DNA from: Perna viridis
Lineage: Eukaryota
Assembly: GCA_037379345.1 (NCBI GenBank)
Contig: CM074516.1
Span: 26,722,001-26,786,000 of the forward strand
Length of the DNA stretch: 64,000 nt
Reading direction: 5' to 3'
Positions within the stretch are counted from its first letter, which is position 1. The number at the start of each line of letters is the position of its first letter. Below the pieces are notes generated by a model. That model was not told where the DNA came from and did no database searches. It worked only from the letters and a program-made list of their open reading frames with translations. Positions 63,301 to 64,000 of the stretch are shown here, one piece after another. The translations under genes were made by a program, and so were the position numbers.

Positions 63301-64000
63301 ATTCCAGTATGCTTGTAGATTATTAAATAGCAGAACTACCTCTTTACAAACTATATATGTACGTTCCTGCTTCTAATGCAATAATAAATGGAGACAATAT
63401 GGTTTATTTTTCTCAAAAATGATTTTGTTTTGTTCATTCATTTATAGGGAGAAGAGCATGATAAGCGTACCCCTACTCCAGAGCCAGAGCAAGAATATTC
63501 TGAGGACGATTTGCCGAAACTGCAAGATGATGTCAACAACTTACAACAACAGTTTGATGAGTCAGTAACAGAAAAACACAACCTGGAAACAGAACTGACT
63601 TCAATGAATCAGAGACTGAAGGCTGCAACAGATTTAATTGATAGGTAAATTGATCACATAGATCACTGATGTCTATCGCATTGAATATTGCAAGCCTTCA
63701 GTGAGCATGTTTAAATTTGAATTAAATTAATGAGAGTGAGTTGTGAATGATCTGGAAAATGTGAAACTGTTATTGCGTATATTTGACTGAATGCATAAAA
63801 CAAAGGAAGTTAGCTGTACTAACAGGAAAATACTGTGGGATTAGTCTGAATGTTTGAATCCTTGAATTTTAAATTTTAAGTTTGATGTTTTTATTTTCAG
63901 TTTACAACTCCAAGAGTTAGACTGGAGAAGATTTGTAAAAGAGAATGATAGTAATGATTTGTTATTGGCTAACTGTATTACTGCTGCAGCTTTCCTTGTC
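103..64000 (+). CDS. Divergent axonemal dynein heavy chain gene, DNAH5/DNAH8-like (partial; 63 core exons; tail to end of stalk)
   Basis: Phase-consistent GT-AG exon chain with dynein motifs in canonical order: RNAPPAAGAIHWSRQL, GPMVPGIPPAEAVSRL, RNRHW, WLEVQDLWQYLEAVF, FPRFYFVSD, AAA1 GPGGVGKTET/CFDE, AAA2 GPPGSGKT, AAA3 GPHGSGKT/FIDDVNLP, LWKHE..R..DR, NLHIILC, FPGLLSGCAIDW, MTBD NPP..V..VM. Exact orthology not determined. Confidence 0.95.
783..916 (+). CDS. dynein exon (tail)
   Basis: AG/GT; KFYPEDEEG...KTMLDVESK. Confidence 0.8.
1442..1531 (+). CDS. candidate cassette exon (90 nt, phase 0-0)
   Basis: pyrimidine tract+taatag, open frame HFYGDSISRFFNSGKYRRSSTVEEDSDDES, gtagtg donor. Confidence 0.55.
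2155..2291 (+). CDS. dynein exon (DHC_N1)
   Basis: DKDRFDIYYANF...GLDIITR; AG/GT. Confidence 0.85.
2668..2820 (+). mobile_element. MITE family A (CAGGG TIR, 5-bp TSD AAACA)
   Basis: reverse complement of 44582-44737; AAACA on both flanks. Confidence 0.8.
2859..2979 (+). CDS. dynein exon (DHC_N1)
   Basis: FGPIQGRPG...DLEEVHKIYETHK; AG/GT. Confidence 0.85.
3440..3744 (+). CDS. dynein exon (DHC_N1 core motif)
   Basis: PQMVRNAPPAAGAIHWSRQLLKRIEDPM; AG/GT. Confidence 0.95.
4058..4317 (+). CDS. dynein exon (DHC_N1)
   Basis: ELIHEAKWLTRLGIQIP...LQPGLTTLAWNSMNI. Confidence 0.95.
4767..4921 (+). CDS. dynein exon
   Basis: AFLHQIHSATNKL...AISRPW; AG/GT. Confidence 0.85.
5651..5776 (+). CDS. dynein exon
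   Basis: PPHEFREVMLERI...LLATRK; AG/GT. Confidence 0.8.
7148..7258 (+). CDS. dynein exon (low-complexity, phase 0-0, possibly cassette)
   Basis: tttcag; EYVYSPSRGFKPLKTTPAK...SLSEL; gtggga. Confidence 0.6.
8153..8948 (+). mobile_element. 5'-truncated, frameshifted Penelope-like retroelement (RT C-terminus + 3' UTR)
   Basis: FRYIDDVLSLNN...IYPKELEIKDTT / SASYLDLHLEI...LYDKYDDFSFRIVNFPF / AYGVFISQLIRYARAC...QGY...KFYGRHH over three segments (frameshifts ~8300, ~8425); stop at 8668; 3' tail shared with 41111-41269. Confidence 0.9.
9025..9141. mobile_element. MITE family D (CAGGGCC...TTTCATAAA-type TIR; PIF/Harbinger-like by inference)
   Basis: cagggccagttttgtaaaaa ... tttttatgaaaccaggccctg; internal ccaatca motif shared with copies at 18.2, 26.3 and 45.5 kb. 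Confidence 0.6.
9688..9802 (+). CDS. dynein exon
   Basis: VEQHVPKGKK...EEKYICNLI; gtaagt donor. Confidence 0.75.
10088..10370 (+). CDS. dynein exon with Ser/Arg-rich insert
   Basis: FYKEQVYEAVLTATKRSLMAL...SPRRSSRAVSAASR; AG/GT. Confidence 0.9.
10799..10911 (+). CDS. dynein exon
   Basis: FEIEVGFNIPVIAVQPTLDTAQTAINQ. Confidence 0.9.
11118..11222 (+). CDS. dynein exon
   Basis: VTWAERDAVYDFHDRISSD; AG/GT. Confidence 0.85.
11508..11800 (+). CDS. dynein exon
   Basis: YDFLWKDD...VGPICLKTDPIKDAL...WK. Confidence 0.92.
12412..12587 (+). CDS. dynein exon
   Basis: LDQLNSALHLLEELRDME..ID...LPIETLYAKL. Confidence 0.9.
12857..13013 (+). CDS. dynein exon
   Basis: EVEEVDQLRDKWQEL. Confidence 0.9.
13398..13724 (+). 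CDS. dynein exon (DNAH5/8-type GPM motif)
   Basis: GPMVPGIPPAEAVSRL...LFG...ELHLLNQLYGLF...LWADVD. Confidence 0.95.
14124..14255 (+). CDS. dynein exon (DHC_N2)
   Basis: CLALPSKLKDKDAYNDLK...FPLL. Confidence 0.92.
16239..16348 (+). CDS. dynein exon (DHC_N2)
   Basis: EIRNRHW motif. Confidence 0.92.
16728..16852 (+). repeat. Interspersed repeat family E (probable retroelement 3' tail)
   Basis: atgccagtaccaagtcaggaccatt...ttctggtttctgccctgatattgccatttg aligns with 47645-47765. Confidence 0.65.
16897..17257 (+). CDS. dynein exon (linker)
   Basis: IEEICHGAARELELE...LEDS...MLTSKY...WLEVQDLWQYLEAVF. Confidence 0.95.
17613..17705 (+). CDS. dynein exon (linker)
   Basis: ELPQEAKRFARVDKTWMKLM. Confidence 0.95.
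17897..18099 (+). CDS. dynein exon (linker)
   Basis: LEICFKSLMVYLDNKRRAFPRFYFVSD. Confidence 0.95.
18155..18317. mobile_element. MITE family D copy
   Basis: caggggtcggtttcac ... ttttatgaattggacccag; internal tcctcaactc/accaatgaaatcacttgaaat. Confidence 0.6.
18714..18915 (+). CDS. dynein exon with disordered insert
   Basis: SLYSAITDVRLEE...SPSLRSTTPPK; gtaagt. Confidence 0.85.
19462..19512 (+). CDS. candidate cassette exon (51 nt, phase 0-0)
   Basis: ttag|NKHGDDSGHVTSAETKK|gtatat. Confidence 0.55.
21084..21116 (+). CDS. weak candidate exon (SSKKKDRAVSK; may extend to 21162)
   Basis: purine-rich open frame after taag; donor ambiguous. Confidence 0.3.
21780..21991. mobile_element. MITE family B, TTAA-flanked (Kolobok-like)
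   Basis: TTAA|GtAGGTAGACCTAGGGTAAGGGACATAACTCTT ... AAGAGTTATGTCTCTTATCTTATGTCTACCTCC|TTAA; second copy at 25872. Confidence 0.85.
22409..22540 (+). CDS. dynein exon (linker)
   Basis: ttttgcag|SMNPSVLQ...ATAISSSDGETIALKDK|gt; alternative acceptor at 22371 possible. Confidence 0.75.
23150..23284 (+). CDS. dynein exon
   Basis: DGVEVWLQSL motif. Confidence 0.92.
23778..24002 (+). CDS. dynein exon
   Basis: YPAQVCKMGMLYFWTKECE. Confidence 0.92.
24565..24673 (+). CDS. dynein exon
   Basis: LRDVLDNM...TDFEWRRSVRCY. Confidence 0.92.
25350..25421 (+). CDS. candidate cassette exon (72 nt, phase 1-1)
   Basis: tgtag|AEVEERSTAEETASQASLTDLRI|gtaagg; alternative donor at 25440. Confidence 0.5.
25872..26079. 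mobile_element. MITE family B copy (TTAA-flanked)
   Basis: colinear with 21780-21991, same TIRs, TTAA on both sides. Confidence 0.85.
26131..26211. repeat. 27-bp tandem repeat x3
   Basis: tcttaatccattttacattttcatgtt units. Confidence 0.7.
26285..26440. mobile_element. MITE family D copy (degenerate)
   Basis: ggtttcataaa...ttctcaaatc...tcacttaaaattgaagatttgagg matches the 45.5 kb copy. Confidence 0.55.
27547..27743 (+). CDS. dynein exon, AAA1 Walker A
   Basis: EFYG...LTPVTERCFLTMSQAL...GPGGVGKTETVK. Confidence 0.97.
28548..28646 (+). CDS. dynein exon, AAA1
   Basis: GLANLLGKF...CS...MGKIVQG. Confidence 0.92.
28930..29067 (+). CDS. dynein exon, AAA1 Walker B
   Basis: GCWACFDEAQTL. Confidence 0.95.
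29368..29594 (+). CDS. dynein exon, AAA1 sensor I region
   Basis: HMTSNP...IFRTVSLIKPD...GF. Confidence 0.93.
31077..31288 (+). CDS. dynein exon, AAA1 small domain + insert
   Basis: HHLFGIATWTGVL aligns to HYDFGLR..SVL. Confidence 0.88.
31582..31739 (+). CDS. dynein exon
   Basis: EHALVCQTIKEVICPRM; AG/GT. Confidence 0.88.
32184..32391 (+). CDS. dynein exon
   Basis: VFKNILDDVFTG...PWISRCKQLYETSQVYHG. Confidence 0.93.
32945..33207 (+). CDS. dynein exon, AAA2 Walker A
   Basis: GPPGSGKTS...RINP...MFG...DWVDGI. Confidence 0.96.
33649..33735 (+). CDS. dynein exon, AAA2
   Basis: WICLDGPLNPGWSDNFNAVL. Confidence 0.95.
34431..34538 (+). CDS. dynein exon, AAA2 (Arg-finger region)
   Basis: LKNGDKL...VFETDNLANASPSTVAKS. 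Confidence 0.95.
35105..35191 (+). CDS. dynein exon
   Basis: GIVYLDNNVVGWKPIADAWL. Confidence 0.94.
35941..36209 (+). mobile_element. Helitron/Helentron-like non-autonomous element (degenerate)
   Basis: gtctgttcatccgtc microsatellite-like block; terminal hairpin gtgagtgttgctcac followed by tttttctagt. Confidence 0.45.
37838..38229. mobile_element. MITE family C copy
   Basis: taagaatcaggca...tgcctgattctta inverted ends; colinear with 49320-49704. Confidence 0.8.
38592..38651 (+). CDS. candidate cassette exon (60 nt, phase 0-0)
   Basis: atcag|RPVNVEQGETEQSIPRTVEG|gtaata. Confidence 0.45.
39464..39528 (+). CDS. dynein exon
   Basis: VLQRAFQKTLDPISQFVLHEA; gtaagt. Confidence 0.88.
39961..40161 (+). 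CDS. dynein exon (AAA2 small domain)
   Basis: HVERLFLFCLIWTFGGLLDSHDRRVF. Confidence 0.94.
40262..41110 (+). repeat. 64-bp tandem array (13 units) derived from the acceptor and 5' end of exon 41293
   Basis: unit gtctcctgttgttactAG-GTTACCAGATGAT(G/C)ACAG-GTagatctgtgtatttgattgcaatgtc; post-AG positions 40297+64n up to 41065. Confidence 0.97.
41111..41269 (+). mobile_element. 3' tail fragment of the same Penelope-like family as 8153-8948
   Basis: colinear with 8789-8948; both end in ATTACTCT. Confidence 0.9.
41293..41443 (+). CDS. dynein exon
   Basis: LPDDDRQICVFDYYVDESGDWDPWSSKV. Confidence 0.94.
41725..41839 (+). CDS. dynein exon, AAA3 Walker A
   Basis: VLLVGPHGSGKTTLI. Confidence 0.96.
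43064..43099 (+). CDS. candidate small exon (36 nt, phase 1-1)
   Basis: ctaatag|KGKQLMLLSKN|gtaagt. Confidence 0.5.
44212..44241 (+). CDS. candidate small exon (30 nt, phase 1-1)
   Basis: ttttctag|RLQHYKSSS|gtaaaa. Confidence 0.45.
44582..44737 (-). mobile_element. MITE family A (CAGGG TIR, 5-bp TSD AAATG)
   Basis: CAGGGATAAAAA...TTTTTACCCCTG flanked by AAATG on both sides. Confidence 0.8.
45341..45439 (+). CDS. dynein exon, AAA3
   Basis: LVFSGASSAQQLQNFIDSNIYHRQG. Confidence 0.93.
45489..45633. mobile_element. MITE family D copy
   Basis: ctgggcatggtttcataaaa...ttttatgaaaccctggcctg. Confidence 0.7.
45879..45979 (+). CDS. dynein exon, AAA3 Walker B
   Basis: KKLKVFIDDVNLP. Confidence 0.95.
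46323..46472 (+). CDS. dynein exon, AAA3
   Basis: LLRQLLD...LEKPFEW...IAAM...ERFL. Confidence 0.94.
46736..46810 (+). CDS. dynein exon
   Basis: RHFAVFHLTAPEGESLKNI. Confidence 0.92.
47316..47486 (+). CDS. dynein exon, AAA3 small domain
   Basis: TPMPGRKHYFYTLKDVTTCFQ. Confidence 0.93.
47645..47765 (+). repeat. Interspersed repeat family E copy
   Basis: atgcctgtaccaagtcaggaccatt...; aligns with 16728-16852. Confidence 0.65.
47827..47985 (+). CDS. dynein exon
   Basis: LWKHEMTRIMRDRI...DLNWF. Confidence 0.94.
48106..48296. mobile_element. TA-flanked MITE (CTGT...ACAG ends; Tc1/mariner-like by inference)
   Basis: TA|CTGTGAAAGTACT...AGTACATTGACAG|TA; internal ttttcgtgg / ccacgaaaa inverted motifs. 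Confidence 0.6.
48585..48692 (+). CDS. dynein exon
   Basis: NFPEVKDPLMNHFVTF...; AG/GT. Confidence 0.85.
49135..49301 (+). CDS. dynein exon (into AAA4)
   Basis: HLTRYNEE...LNIML...HVVRMHRIL. Confidence 0.92.
49320..49704. mobile_element. MITE family C, TTAA-flanked (Kolobok-like)
   Basis: TTAA|G..TTGTAAGAATTAGGCA ... TGCCTAATTCTTACAA..CTTACCC|TTAA. Confidence 0.8.
50204..50498 (+). CDS. dynein exon, AAA4 (degenerate P-loop)
   Basis: GNLLLIGAVGAHLTTLCRLA...YLDAINSLLISGEVPHLFTNDE. Confidence 0.95.
50754..51131 (+). mobile_element. Helentron/HINE-like remnant with two ~180-bp internal repeats and a duplicated 3' end
   Basis: gggatccat...accactgaat...tcacagaa twice; gttagtgagcatt...cagtttt...tagtt twice. 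Confidence 0.5.
51260..51399 (+). CDS. dynein exon, AAA4
   Basis: FFVARVKSNLHIILCLQP. Confidence 0.95.
52263..52391 (+). CDS. dynein exon, AAA4
   Basis: FPGLLSGCAIDWMCDWPQEAL. Confidence 0.95.
52710..52913 (+). CDS. dynein exon with insert
   Basis: VTTCLANIHSFV...; phase 2-2. Confidence 0.88.
53225..53365 (+). CDS. dynein exon (start of stalk CC1)
   Basis: VYIGPTTYRRFMECFRCLY. Confidence 0.9.
53671..53921 (+). CDS. dynein exon (stalk CC1)
   Basis: VLATLDQT...ALEKLKAKV + acidic insert. Confidence 0.9.
54416..54561 (+). CDS. dynein exon (stalk CC1)
   Basis: EYDEYDRKF...LEYAKQQ. Confidence 0.88.
54991..55219 (+). CDS. dynein exon (MTBD H1-H2 + Ser-rich loop)
   Basis: IERIRQFSNPPLLVGQVMEMVMML. 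Confidence 0.92.
55502..55516 (+). CDS. candidate microexon (15 nt, DKFML)
   Basis: tttcttcttag|ATAAATTTATGCTCG|gtaagt, phase 1-1. Confidence 0.55.
56927..56938 (+). CDS. candidate microexon (12 nt, DHRE)
   Basis: ctaatgctttaatgctttttccttag|ACCACAGAGAAG|gtaaac, phase 1-1. Confidence 0.55.
58347..58361 (+). CDS. candidate microexon (15 nt, DGQRS)
   Basis: tttctttgctaccaacag|ATGGCCAGAGATCAG|gtataa, phase 1-1. Confidence 0.5.
59252..59383 (+). CDS. dynein exon (MTBD H3-H4)
   Basis: AQWKNIQMTMNDSQKFVDMLHN. Confidence 0.9.
59649..59729 (+). CDS. dynein exon (MTBD)
   Basis: VESYLTVSKEG...; phase 1-1. Confidence 0.85.
60211..60443 (+). CDS. dynein exon (MTBD H6, stalk CC2)
   Basis: AAKYSSEDCATLVQYTIAIVEF...GPLKAAL. 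Confidence 0.9.
60942..60962 (+). CDS. candidate microexon (21 nt, DSGGQSK)
   Basis: tgcttaatacag|...AAG|gtaatg, phase 0-0. Confidence 0.5.
61309..61341 (+). CDS. candidate small exon (33 nt, MRLKRLLQKAK)
   Basis: tttttcatgccag|...AAG|gtacac, phase 0-0. Confidence 0.4.
63448..63644 (+). CDS. dynein exon (stalk CC2)
   Basis: RTPTPEPEQEY...LQQQFDESVTEKHNLE...RLKAATDLID. Confidence 0.9.
63901..64000 (+). CDS. dynein exon (end of stalk; runs off window)
   Basis: LQLQELDW...LLANCITAAAFL. Confidence 0.88.

Noticed and set aside
103-64000. Dynein pseudogene
   Set aside because: All core exons join in phase with canonical GT-AG sites and I found no premature stops.
103-64000. Assigning the symbol DNAH5, DNAH8 or DNHD1
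   Set aside because: Tail motifs are DNAH5/8-like, but the motor is far more divergent than expected for true orthologs; a phylogeny is needed.

Overview
AT-rich animal genomic DNA. The repeat content resembles a bivalve mollusc such as an oyster (inference). The whole window is the interior of one + strand, intron-rich gene for a highly divergent axonemal dynein heavy chain whose tail and linker motifs are closest to the DNAH5/DNAH8 outer-arm type. By hand I chained 63 core GT-AG exons in consistent phase with no in-frame stop, covering the tail (DHC_N1), linker (DHC_N2), AAA1-AAA4 and the stalk/MTBD. The 5' end and AAA5-6 lie outside the window. About a dozen further short, frame-preserving cassette or microexon candidates sit in loop regions. 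Highlights: (1) several catalytic ring residues are substituted (AAA1 sensor II, AAA2 Arg finger, AAA3 sensor II, AAA4 Walker A Lys) although the reading frame is intact, suggesting a pseudo-enzyme dynein; (2) a 13 x 64-bp tandem array at ~40.26-41.11 kb is built from the acceptor and first codons of the next exon, and a C>T change gives 12 units an in-frame 18-nt AG-[LPDD(D/H)R]-GT microexon layout, with a Penelope-like element tail between the array and the parent exon; (3) a microexon cluster lies in an expanded MTBD loop, and both stalk helices carry insertions. Introns also hold a 5'-truncated Penelope-like RT element and several MITE and Helentron-like families. Most entries in the supplied ORF track are exon read-throughs or spurious. 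All coordinates were read by eye and no database search was run.
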